From positions 1 through 57,630 of the forward strand of contig CAZYEJ010000007.1 of assembly GCA_964646435.1 (NCBI GenBank): DNA of 57,630 nucleotides. The letters run 5' to 3'. Shown one piece after another: positions 18,431 to 26,988 of the stretch. Origin of the DNA: an uncultured Thermodesulfobacteriaceae bacterium (GTDB lineage: Bacteria > Desulfobacterota > Dissulfuribacteria > Dissulfuribacterales > UBA3076). Every line of letters starts with the position of its first letter. Positions within the stretch are counted from its first letter, which is position 1. The notes beneath the pieces were generated by a model, which worked only from the letters and a program-made list of their open reading frames with translations, did not search any database and had not been told where the DNA came from. A program made the position numbers and the translations under genes.

Positions 18431-18620
18431 TACTTGAGTTTTCGAAAAAGAGTTGAAGAACCAAGTAAGCAATTGGCACATTTATTGCTGTTAAACGTCC
18501 ACCACGTCATTCCCGCGAAGGCGAGAATCCAGTAACTGTTACCCAGACTTATTGAGAAGTTACCAAAAATCATTCCAAATCCTTGTTTTTCTGACCAACT
18601 ATTTTTCGAAAACTCAAGTA
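18431..18620. mobile_element. 190-bp composite MITE-like element with 25-bp TIRs (family B)
   Basis: TACTTGAGTTTTCGAAAAAGAGTTG / CAACTATTTTTCGAAAACTCAAGTA (24/25 match); contains a REP-like unit and one family C end. Confidence 0.75.
18474..18489 (+). promoter_or_regulatory. sigma54-type -24/-12 sequence inside the family B element
   Basis: TGGCACATTTATTGCT; 22/23 nt identical to 5871-5893 including the downstream GTTAAAC. Confidence 0.55.
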
Positions 18621-18854
18621 TAAAAATTATTATATAGAAACCCGATCATCCGATCAAGTATGATTAGAACAATGATATTGTTTCCTGGTGCCTAAAGATC
18701 AGGTTATTTGAAGCAGAACGAGCCGGTGAAGTAAAAACCTGCATTATTGCCATTTTGTCTTTCAAAACGCAGCATTCTGTGCTATGTATTCGTTTAGATG
18801 AAGACATAGGCTTACCTGAGGGCTTTCTCAATAATTATAGGAGTGAGGAAGGAA

Positions 18855-19289
18855 ATGGCTAAAAAGATACTTATCGTGGACGATGAGCCTGATATTATTA
18901 CCTTTATCAGTGCAGTTCTTGAAGAAAACGGTTATTCAAGCATAAGTGCCAGTGATGGGATCGAAGGGCTTGAACTCTTGCGCAAGGAGAAGCCTGATCT
19001 GGTTTTGCTCGACCTCATGATGCCCAAAAAAAGTGGCATTGCCATGTTCCAGGAGTTGAGAAAGGATCCAGACATGAGCGATACTCCTGTGATTGTGCAA
19101 ACCGGGGTCTCTGAGGTGACAGGGGTCGATTTTAGAAACTTCATGTTTAAACAACCGCTTCGTGATGAAAAGAAATTTGTCGAGAGCACGGGATTGACAA
19201 AATATACTATTCCAGACGGCTATATTGAAAAACCAATTGATCCCGTCGAGTTGATTGAAGCAGTTAAGAAAGCCTTAAAAGAAACATAG
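18855..19289 (+). CDS. Single-domain response regulator
   Basis: KKILIVDDE, LVLLDLMMP, YIEKP; about 20-aa insertion before the final strand. Confidence 0.9.
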   Translation: MAKKILIVDDEPDIITFISAVLEENGYSSISASDGIEGLELLRKEKPDLVLLDLMMPKKSGIAMFQELRKDPDMSDTPVIVQTGVSEVTGVDFRNFMFKQPLRDEKKFVESTGLTKYTIPDGYIEKPIDPVELIEAVKKALKET

Positions 19290-19369
19290 ATAAAGATTGT
19301 AAGGTAGCTCCCGTTGTAAAGGCAGTTGACCACCAAAAACAAGTCAGTCTTCACAATTCAGGTCCATCT

Positions 19370-19518
19370 ATAACTTCTCAATAGCTCAGGGTAAAATGTC
19401 TGGATTCCCGCCTTCGCGGGAATGACAGGCGCTCACACCCAATCGTCATTCCCGCGAAGGCGGGAATCCAGTGGATGAATTGCAAAATATGATTTGCCCG
19501 GACTTATTGAGAAGTTAC
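19370..19518. repeat. Family C inverted-repeat element carrying two REP/dRS3-like units
   Basis: TAACTTCTCAATA...TTATTGAGAAGTTAC ends; inverted pair CTGGATTCCCGCCTTCGCGGGAATGAC and GTCATTCCCGCGAAGGCGGGAATCCAG. Confidence 0.8.
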
Positions 19519-19547
19519 TACAAATCTACAAACGGGTTTCTTGAATA

Positions 19548-19584
19548 ATAGATTGAGACGACCTTAAAGGTCGTCTCAATCTAT
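19548..19584. terminator. Perfect 17-bp hairpin between convergent genes
   Basis: ATAGATTGAGACGACCT-TAA-AGGTCGTCTCAATCTAT, 8 bp past the cytochrome b stop. Confidence 0.65.
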
Positions 19585-19592
19585 ATTATTGA

Positions 19593-20231
19593 TTAGTGTT
19601 CTTCTACCTCTTCCTCCCAGCCGGTTATCATGGTTATGATATGAGCCCAGAAGGTATGGCCCAGGGTAGCCAGATACATGTGGACAAAGAGAAAGGCAGC
19701 GAAACAGCAGGCTACCAGGAAATGTAACCCGATCACTATTTTTACCCCGCCTAGAAACACCATCCATTTTTGCGTAATCAGCAGAAGCAACAGACCGGAC
19801 AACAGGATGATCGGTACAAGAGTCAGCATGATCATCAAATATGCCCCTTTCTGCATGGGGTTGAATTTGGCATCAGGCGTGGAGTGATGAGGGTTTGGTC
19901 CACCCTTGAAGTAGTTAAAGCCATAAAACACCATCTGTTTTATGATACCAGTCTTCAGGTCATACATGTTGGGGACATAGAGCTTTATCAGGCTCTTATC
20001 AATAAACACGTAATATACAAACCACAACAACCAATCGATGCATACAAAAATTCCGGTAAAATCATGAACCAGTACCGCTGCTCTATAGCTGCCAAATAGA
20101 TTAAAATACTCAGGAAACCTGATCTGAGCCCCTGTAATGCACAGAGTTGTTATTCCAATGGCATGAATCCAATGCCATATCCTCACTGTAAGAGGGTTGA
20201 GGTAGATCATTTTTGGCTTTTCCATGATCAA
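19593..20231 (-). CDS. Di-heme cytochrome b membrane subunit (Ni-hydrogenase cyt b family; CbcB-like)
   Basis: RIWHWIHA, VLVHD, KFNPMQK, GLHF, FVHMYLA, MITGW; four TM helices. Confidence 0.88.
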   Translation of the reverse strand: MIMEKPKMIYLNPLTVRIWHWIHAIGITTLCITGAQIRFPEYFNLFGSYRAAVLVHDFTGIFVCIDWLLWFVYYVFIDKSLIKLYVPNMYDLKTGIIKQMVFYGFNYFKGGPNPHHSTPDAKFNPMQKGAYLMIMLTLVPIILLSGLLLLLITQKWMVFLGGVKIVIGLHFLVACCFAAFLFVHMYLATLGHTFWAHIITMITGWEEEVEEH

Positions 20232-21421
20232 TGTTTCCTCCTATTTTTTTGAGTCAGAATTCTGAAAGTGCCATGGAGGCAGGCTGCGCCTAAACCACCG
20301 GCTATGATCAGCAGGCCCAAAATGCTGAGAATATCGTTTCTGGTGGAGCCCACCATGTAGAAGTCAGCAGTAGCAAAAAGAGGGTCGAGCACTGCTCCCT
20401 CTTCAACAGGGACCCTGCTGTACGTGCCATTTTGATTAGGGAAGGCTACATAACATGTCTGCATGGCTTTGGGTCCGGCAGCATGACAGAAAGAACAATC
20501 CCGGCGGTCTTCAAATATTCCATAACTGTGACTTGCTGTCTTTGTTGACAGCACCCCCCAAAGCCCTACACTCTTATATTTTGAGTTCAAATTAAACTCT
20601 TTGAGCTCTGCTGTTGTAATGGAGCCGTCACCATTACTATCTATGAGAGATTGAACTCCCTTGTCTCCGACTAATTGCGTGAGATCTTGGTAAGTTGCGA
20701 GGTCAATCTCACCTTCTTTATCTGGTTTGATATCCTTTCTTTTCTCGATATACATGGTGATGACAATGCCTTTTGAATCAGTATGGCAGCTTATGCACGT
20801 AGTTGCCTGCATATGGAGCTTGTTCCGGAGGAGCCATTCAGAGTGGCCGTCACCTTCATGACAAGTAAGACACTGTTTGTTTTTTTCAAAACCAGAGGTC
20901 TCCAGGTAGCTTATGACTGTATGAGGGCTGTGACAATCTGAGCAAGCCGCGTTTCCTGCATGGGGGCTATTCAAATACTCTTCAACGGCTTCTTCATGAC
21001 ACATACCACAACTTTCACCAGGAGACTTGAGCCCTTTGACCGCATGGGGATTGTGACAATCTATGCATTCCGCATTTCCAGCATGAAGGCCCTTTGATAC
21101 CTCATCAATAGTATCTTCATGGCACATGTCACAGCTTTCTTTAGAGGGCTTAACCCCGTCGTCCGGGTGGCTATCGGTTACTGAATGGCAGGACCCGCAA
21201 CCATCTTCTGCGTGTTTTGTGCCAGCGAACTGGGTGCCATCGATATATAGACGCACGTCCCCTTCATCAAAATTGGATGAATCGCCATGGCATTCCAGAC
21301 AGTCATCGGTTTCCATGGCACTCGACGAGTTGATGCCGATGCCTGCCACCCACATCATGAAACCGAAAATACAGATTATAAGAAACTTTGCTTTGAGCAC
21401 CATCCTTCCTCTCTTCCTCAC
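20228..21421 (-). CDS. Nonaheme cytochrome c with EF-hand-like loop and C-terminal TM anchor (CbcA-like)
   Basis: Nine CxxCH: CLECH, CGSCH, CDMCH, CIDCH, CGMCH, CSDCH, CLTCH, CISCH, CSFCH; DSNGDGSITTAE; C-terminal TM ending LHGTFR. Confidence 0.88.
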   Translation of the reverse strand: MRKRGRMVLKAKFLIICIFGFMMWVAGIGINSSSAMETDDCLECHGDSSNFDEGDVRLYIDGTQFAGTKHAEDGCGSCHSVTDSHPDDGVKPSKESCDMCHEDTIDEVSKGLHAGNAECIDCHNPHAVKGLKSPGESCGMCHEEAVEEYLNSPHAGNAACSDCHSPHTVISYLETSGFEKNKQCLTCHEGDGHSEWLLRNKLHMQATTCISCHTDSKGIVITMYIEKRKDIKPDKEGEIDLATYQDLTQLVGDKGVQSLIDSNGDGSITTAELKEFNLNSKYKSVGLWGVLSTKTASHSYGIFEDRRDCSFCHAAGPKAMQTCYVAFPNQNGTYSRVPVEEGAVLDPLFATADFYMVGSTRNDILSILGLLIIAGGLGAACLHGTFRILTQKNRRKH

Positions 21422-21592
21422 CTATAGAACTTAGAAGTTCATGTGCGAGCATACTCTAATGTCCCTTGCTGAAACAGAAATTTCACACAGGACTTGAAAT
21501 AGCTATGCACCCACGATAAGGGCGCAGATCCCAAGAAAAGTTCAGATATAGACACCGCTTTTGTCATTTCTGATATTATAGATCACAGGAAC

Positions 21593-21752
21593 TAAGAAAC
21601 GTACAATAAATAACTTGAACAAATTAACGTCTTTTTTGCCGTCTTCTTCGTTGCTCGTCGATCACATAACCCGTTATGCTCGCTCCTTGCGCCTTGAATA
21701 CAACAAAAAATCCTGTTAATTTTTGTTCAACTTATTTCTCTCCCGTTCCTAA
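21593..21752. mobile_element. About 160-bp MITE-like element, family D
   Basis: Imperfect TIRs TAAGAAACG..AAATAACTTGAACAAA / TTTGTTCAACTTATTT..CGTTCCTAA; second copy starts at 57576. Confidence 0.8.
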
Positions 21753-22142
21753 AAAAGCGGTAGTTAAAAAGAAAACCAATGCAAGAATTATTTTTTTGTG
21801 TTCTTTTAATGGCACGCCCCTCCTTCCCATTTTGCTGTTTATTTTAAAACGATTCTCATATTACACCCATGTGAAATTATAGTATTGTTATTCTAAAACT
21901 ACTTTGTAACCTGCTTGGAAGAAATTGGCAATATCAGTCTGACCACCCAGGCAAATCTTTTTTGTTTTTTTATAGAGCATGAGATCAAATCATAAGGGAA
22001 ATTCACCATAATCTCAATCGATTCTGTCTTATGTCCGAAGCATATTCCTATGCTTGACAAGGCTAAATGGCGTTGCTACTACCTATGTTGAGCGATTAAC
22101 TGTTAGCCATTTGATTAGAGATACCATTAAGATTGGGGCACA

Positions 22143-22616
22143 ATGAGATACTTCCTCGCCGTTTTCATGGCAATATCAACGATCATTATCTTTAATCCGG
22201 GAAAGGTTAGGGGTGGGAATAACACTGAAATACAAAAATATGTCGGTTCGGAAGCCTGTAAGCCCTGTCACCAAAAGGAATATGGGAGTTTCACCAAATA
22301 TGCAAAGAAGAGCAGTTCGTTCGAGAGCATTCAAAGGGTGAAAAAGGGCCTTACCGGGGAAGAAATCAAAAAGTGTTATTTTTGCCATACAACAGGATTT
22401 GGCAAGCCGAACGGCTTTGTCAGTCTTGAAGAGACCCCTTACTTGAAAAACGCGGGCTGTGAAGTATGCCATGGCCCTGGTGAAATACATGTCAGGACGA
22501 AGCGCGCTCAGGATATCAAGGGGGATCTCACAACGAAAGATTGTGAGGAGTGTCACATATCAGAGAGGGTTAAGGCCTTCAGGTACAAGCCTTTGATTCA
22601 CGGAGGTGCACATTAG
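22143..22616 (+). CDS. Periplasmic tetraheme cytochrome c (c554-like)
   Basis: Signal peptide, YVGSEA, CKPCH, CYFCHTTG, CEVCHGPG, CEECH. Confidence 0.9.
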   Translation: MRYFLAVFMAISTIIIFNPGKVRGGNNTEIQKYVGSEACKPCHQKEYGSFTKYAKKSSSFESIQRVKKGLTGEEIKKCYFCHTTGFGKPNGFVSLEETPYLKNAGCEVCHGPGEIHVRTKRAQDIKGDLTTKDCEECHISERVKAFRYKPLIHGGAH

Positions 22617-22650
22617 CGACTCCGATAGGCACCGCATTGTTGAGGACAGG

Positions 22651-25344
22651 ATGTTTGGTTTTATAAGAAAAAGTTTTGCAAACAAGATAATGGCTACTGT
22701 AATAATCAGCATAGCCCTGGTTATGACGGCTGAGATTGTCTTGAGAATATACTTTGGGACAAGAGACAGGATGGAGTTGGTGAAAGCTCATAATTTTGAT
22801 GTGTCTGAATCGATCTATTCCGGCATAACATATCCAATGCATGTTGGAGATAGTGTGGCCGTCAAGGAGGTCTTGTCCGATGTCCGTAAGAAAATGGAAG
22901 ACATCGAGGCATGGGTGTGCGATTTTGATCAAGAGATAACCTGGTCCACACACGAGGAAAGGGTAAAGACCATGGTTGCGGATTCTATTTCCGATGAGGA
23001 GGCACTGGCAGCCTTAACCAAGACGTTGAGTTCAGGAGTAGCACCGGAGAAGGCATTTGTAGCAGAACTTGTCGGAAGAAAGCTCCTTATTACCATCCAG
23101 CCCATCCTGAACTATAAAGACTGCCATCACTGCCATGGCGCTTCAAGGAAAGTTCTCGGTGGCCTGATAATAGGAACGGATGTTGAGCATACTTATGAAA
23201 TGGTCGCTGCTGCCATGAACAGGACCATATTGATAAGTTTTATTGGAATATCAATAATTATAGCCATAATTTATATGATGATTACCAGATTCATTAGGCG
23301 CCCTGTGGAGGATCTGGCTGACAAGGCAAAGAGATTTGCAGAGGGCGGTACGTCTGTTTCAGTAGACGTAAGGTCAGAGGATGAAATAGGTGTACTGGGC
23401 AACGCATTTAACTATATGGTTCAAAGGGCATCTCAATTCAGCAAAAGACTTGAGAGTGAGGTTGCCAGAAAAACCGACCTGTTAGGCGAAAGGACCAATC
23501 TTATAGCACTATTGGAAAAAGCAAATATCCAACTTAGGGAACTTGACAAACTAAAATCCATGTTCTTGGCAAACATGTCTCATGAGCTAAGGACACCAAT
23601 GAATTCTATTATCGGATATTCTGATTTACTAATAGATGGGGTTGATGGACCAATCAACGAAGAACAGGAAAAGAGCCTGGGCAGAATTTCTAATAATGCC
23701 AGGCACCTTCTACAATTGTTAAATGATCTTCTCGATCTCTCCAAGATAGAAGCAGGAAAAACCGAGTTAGAAGCAGAACAATTCAATCTAAAAGGACTCA
23801 TTGATTCAGTAATTTCCATGTTTGAGGGAATGATAACCCAAAAGGGTCTTTCCCTTGATTTTGATATCGATGAGGATCTGCCTTTAGTCTATGGCGATAA
23901 GAATAAGATCAAGCATGTTTTGATGAACCTGCTGTCCAATGCGACCAAATTTACCGATGAGGGAGGCATAACCATCCGTGCCAGGATATCCGATCGCGGC
24001 ATTCATCAACGTGGCGAGCCTCCTATATTTGCAGAGGTCTGTGTAGAGGATACAGGTATTGGGATAAATGATGAGGACCTTAGTAAGATTTTTGATAAGT
24101 TCGTGCAGGCTGACCTTTCTACTGTCCGCCAATATGAAGGGACCGGCCTGGGGCTCAGTATTGCGAGGGGGTTGATTGCATTGCACAACGGTATGATCTG
24201 GGCCACGAGCAAGTATGGCAAGGGAAGCCAATTCTATTTCACTATTCCTCTCAGAAAAGAGGTAGTCGAAACTATAACTAAGCCGATCATAGAATTACGA
24301 GTGGCTGATGACTTGGCTGAGCACTTCGGGGTGCCTGTCGAGACCTTTTTGAAGGACCCCGAATATGGCGGCAAACCGTTAAGGTGCCACGAATACATAC
24401 ATTGCGGACAGTCTGACTGTCCGGCCTATGAGAGTGAAGAAAGACGTTGCTGGCTCGTTCTTGGGACACATTGCGCAGGAATGAAAATCGGTGTCTATCC
24501 GGAGAAAGTTGATTTTTGCAAAGATTGTAAGGTCATACAGAAACTGGTGCTTGAGTCACAGGAGTCAAAAACCGTTGAGGCAAAGCCGTTGACTGTAGAG
24601 GACATTTCTCGAAAGACGGTCCTGGCAATAGATGACAATCCGGACGCCATTGATATCATCAGGAAATCCCTGGGAGAGGACTACAAAATAGTAGGTCTTC
24701 TCAGCGGGGAGAAGGCAGTTGAAAAGGCCATAGAGACGAGACCAGTAGCCATTACTCTGGATATCATGATGCCGAAAAAAGATGGATGGCAGGTGTTGCG
24801 GGAGCTGAAAAGTACGCCAGAGACCCAAAATATCCCGGTAATTGTCCTTTCAATTGTGGATAATAAAAAACTGGGATTCAGTCTGGGTGCCGCGGAATAT
24901 ATGGTAAAGCCGCTAGATAAGAATTTTTTGCTCAGAAAAATAAGAGATCTGGAAAAAATGGGCAAAATACAACGGGCACTTGTAGTAGATAGTGAAACAG
25001 ATACAGTATCGCTGATCGAACATACCTTGCAAGACGTTGGGTGTCAGGTAAAGACAGCCTATAACAGCCAGGATGCGATCGAGTTGATAAAGGGTTTCAT
25101 GCCTAACCTGATTATCCTCAATCTGACAATGCCCAAGGTGAATGGTTTTGATGTAATTGAGTACATTAAAACAGATAAAAATGTCAAGAAGGTCCCCCTT
25201 ATTATTATTACGAAAAGGGACTTGAGCAAAAAGGAGAAAGACGCTCTGGACGGCAGGTTACGTGGCATATTAAACAAGGATGCACTCAAAGAAGATCTCT
25301 TACAAGAGCTCAAGCATAGAATTGATGAGATAAAAAGTGCCTGA
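22651..25344 (+). CDS. Hybrid sensor kinase: periplasmic heme-c (CHHCH), HAMP, HisKA, HATPase, 7-Cys CW domain, REC, pseudo-REC
   Basis: Two TMs; CHHCH; FLANMSHELRTP; GTGLGL; CPAY...CW; ITLDIMMP; second REC reads LIILNL; start re-called at ATG 22651 (GAGG RBS). Confidence 0.92.
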   Translation: MFGFIRKSFANKIMATVIISIALVMTAEIVLRIYFGTRDRMELVKAHNFDVSESIYSGITYPMHVGDSVAVKEVLSDVRKKMEDIEAWVCDFDQEITWSTHEERVKTMVADSISDEEALAALTKTLSSGVAPEKAFVAELVGRKLLITIQPILNYKDCHHCHGASRKVLGGLIIGTDVEHTYEMVAAAMNRTILISFIGISIIIAIIYMMITRFIRRPVEDLADKAKRFAEGGTSVSVDVRSEDEIGVLGNAFNYMVQRASQFSKRLESEVARKTDLLGERTNLIALLEKANIQLRELDKLKSMFLANMSHELRTPMNSIIGYSDLLIDGVDGPINEEQEKSLGRISNNARHLLQLLNDLLDLSKIEAGKTELEAEQFNLKGLIDSVISMFEGMITQKGLSLDFDIDEDLPLVYGDKNKIKHVLMNLLSNATKFTDEGGITIRARISDRGIHQRGEPPIFAEVCVEDTGIGINDEDLSKIFDKFVQADLSTVRQYEGTGLGLSIARGLIALHNGMIWATSKYGKGSQFYFTIPLRKEVVETITKPIIELRVADDLAEHFGVPVETFLKDPEYGGKPLRCHEYIHCGQSDCPAYESEERRCWLVLGTHCAGMKIGVYPEKVDFCKDCKVIQKLVLESQESKTVEAKPLTVEDISRKTVLAIDDNPDAIDIIRKSLGEDYKIVGLLSGEKAVEKAIETRPVAITLDIMMPKKDGWQVLRELKSTPETQNIPVIVLSIVDNKKLGFSLGAAEYMVKPLDKNFLLRKIRDLEKMGKIQRALVVDSETDTVSLIEHTLQDVGCQVKTAYNSQDAIELIKGFMPNLIILNLTMPKVNGFDVIEYIKTDKNVKKVPLIIITKRDLSKKEKDALDGRLRGILNKDALKEDLLQELKHRIDEIKSA

Positions 25345-25360
25345 TAAACTAGGAGATGAC

Positions 25361-25756
25361 ATGAAAGAAACAGAGAAGGTTTCCGGGACAAAATTGCTGA
25401 TAGTTGAGGATAACCAGGATAGCCGGGAACTGGTAATCAAGGTCTTAAGAAACCGGGATTATCAGCTAATTGAAGCTGTTGATGGAAAAGATGGCCTGGA
25501 AAAGGCGATTGCAGAACAGCCGGATATTATTCTTTTGGATATCTCGCTTCCGAAAATGGGAGGTTATGAGGTTGCGAAAACCCTGAGGCTTCGAGAGGAG
25601 TTTAAGCATACCTCGATAATTGCATTGACCGCACATGCAATGAAAGGGGATGAGGAAAAGGCTTTGCAGGCGGGATTCAGTGGATATATATCAAAGCCGA
25701 TAAATGTCCGCGAGTTGCCGGAGCAGATAGAATACTACGTGAAAAAAACAAGATAG
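25361..25756 (+). CDS. Single-domain response regulator (DivK-like)
   Basis: LLIVEDN, ILLDISLP, IIALTAHAMKGDEEKAL, YISKP; AGGAG RBS. Confidence 0.9.
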   Translation: MKETEKVSGTKLLIVEDNQDSRELVIKVLRNRDYQLIEAVDGKDGLEKAIAEQPDIILLDISLPKMGGYEVAKTLRLREEFKHTSIIALTAHAMKGDEEKALQAGFSGYISKPINVRELPEQIEYYVKKTR

Positions 25757-25765
25757 GTTATTCGG

Positions 25766-26833
25766 GTGGACAAAAATAAAATCCTGATCGTTGAGGATAA
25801 CGTAGATACCGTAGACCTCTTGAGAAAGAGGCTCCGTGCTGACGGGTATGATACCGCTGAGGCATACGACGGCCAAGAAGGCCTCGACAGATTCGCTGAA
25901 TACGAGCCGGATTTGGTTGTGCTGGACATTATGATGCCTAAAATGGATGGGCTTGAGGTATGCAAAAGACTCAAGGAAGATAAAAACACCCGACACATAC
26001 CTGTCATCATCCTCACTGCCAAGGGCGACGTTGACAGCACTGTCAAAGGTCTTGATATCGGCGGGGATGATTATCTGGCGAAACCCTTTGATTATAAAGA
26101 GCTTGTTGCAAGAATACGATCATTGCTCAGCATAAAAGAAGAACGTAAGAAGTTGATGGAGGCGGAGAAGACAGAAGCATTAGAAAAGATGATGGATCAA
26201 GTAGCGCATGAGATAAGGAACCCTCTTGTTGCTATAGGAGGATTTGCGCGAAGGATCTGTGACTCCCTTTCTGAGAGTGATCCAAACAGAAAATATCTGG
26301 AATTAATTGTACAAAATGTTGAGACTCTGGAACATATGATAAAAAAGCTCATTGAGCTGAAGACCACTGTAATATCTTATAGAGAGCCAGCGGATATTAA
26401 TAAAATTATTGCCAAATCGATTGAAAAATACAGATCTGCACTTGAAGAAAAACACATAGATATCAAAACCGAATTAATGAAGAATCTTCCTGATATTTCT
26501 GTTGATAGAGAACAGATTGAGGCAGCGTTTGCCCATCTTATTAAAAACGCAATTGAAGCAATGCGAAACACGACGCGCAGGCTAAATATCAGCAGCCGTG
26601 TCAGCGAGGGATATATCGAGATCAGGATATCCGATACAGGGGTCGGTATCCCAAAAGACAAACTCAAAAATGTTCTGGACCCTTTTTTTACTTCAAAGAT
26701 CCACGCCGGACTCGGCCTTACTTATGCACTCAAAATTATTCAGGCCCACAGGGGCACGATCTCAGTGGAAAGCGAACCAGGCAAGGGATCTACCTTTACA
26801 ATTAGATTGCCTGTGAAAAGAAGTGGTAAATGA
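25766..26833 (+). CDS. REC-HisKA-HATPase hybrid kinase
   Basis: ILIVEDN, LDIMMP; AHEIRNPL; DTGVG, PFFTSK, GLGL. Confidence 0.9.
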   Translation: MDKNKILIVEDNVDTVDLLRKRLRADGYDTAEAYDGQEGLDRFAEYEPDLVVLDIMMPKMDGLEVCKRLKEDKNTRHIPVIILTAKGDVDSTVKGLDIGGDDYLAKPFDYKELVARIRSLLSIKEERKKLMEAEKTEALEKMMDQVAHEIRNPLVAIGGFARRICDSLSESDPNRKYLELIVQNVETLEHMIKKLIELKTTVISYREPADINKIIAKSIEKYRSALEEKHIDIKTELMKNLPDISVDREQIEAAFAHLIKNAIEAMRNTTRRLNISSRVSEGYIEIRISDTGVGIPKDKLKNVLDPFFTSKIHAGLGLTYALKIIQAHRGTISVESEPGKGSTFTIRLPVKRSGK

Positions 26834-26889
26834 CTCTGATGATCTCGGCATCTTTCAGTAGAATTTCCATTACGTTAGCTCACCTTAAG

Positions 26890-26958
26890 GTAACTTCTTA
26901 ATAACTCAGGATAAGATGTCGCAAAATGTAATTTACTCCCAACTTATTGAGAAGATAC
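26890..26958. repeat. Short (69-bp) family C element
   Basis: GTAACTTCTTAATAACTCAGG...ACTTATTGAGAAGATAC. Confidence 0.7.
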
Positions 26959-26988
26959 ACTTTAAGCACTTTCTGAAAAACTAGAAAA

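Noticed and set aside
18505-19471. GTCATTCCCGCGAAGGCGGGAATCCAG copies as a CRISPR array
   Set aside because: Copies are inverted and irregularly spaced, which fits REP-like repeats rather than repeat-spacer units
21439-21567. 42-codon minus-strand ORF upstream of the nonaheme cytochrome
   Set aside because: No RBS or motif; starts next to a repeat element
21810-21825. TGGCACG as a sigma54 -24 box
   Set aside because: No GC at the -12 position (TGGCACGCCCCTCCTT)
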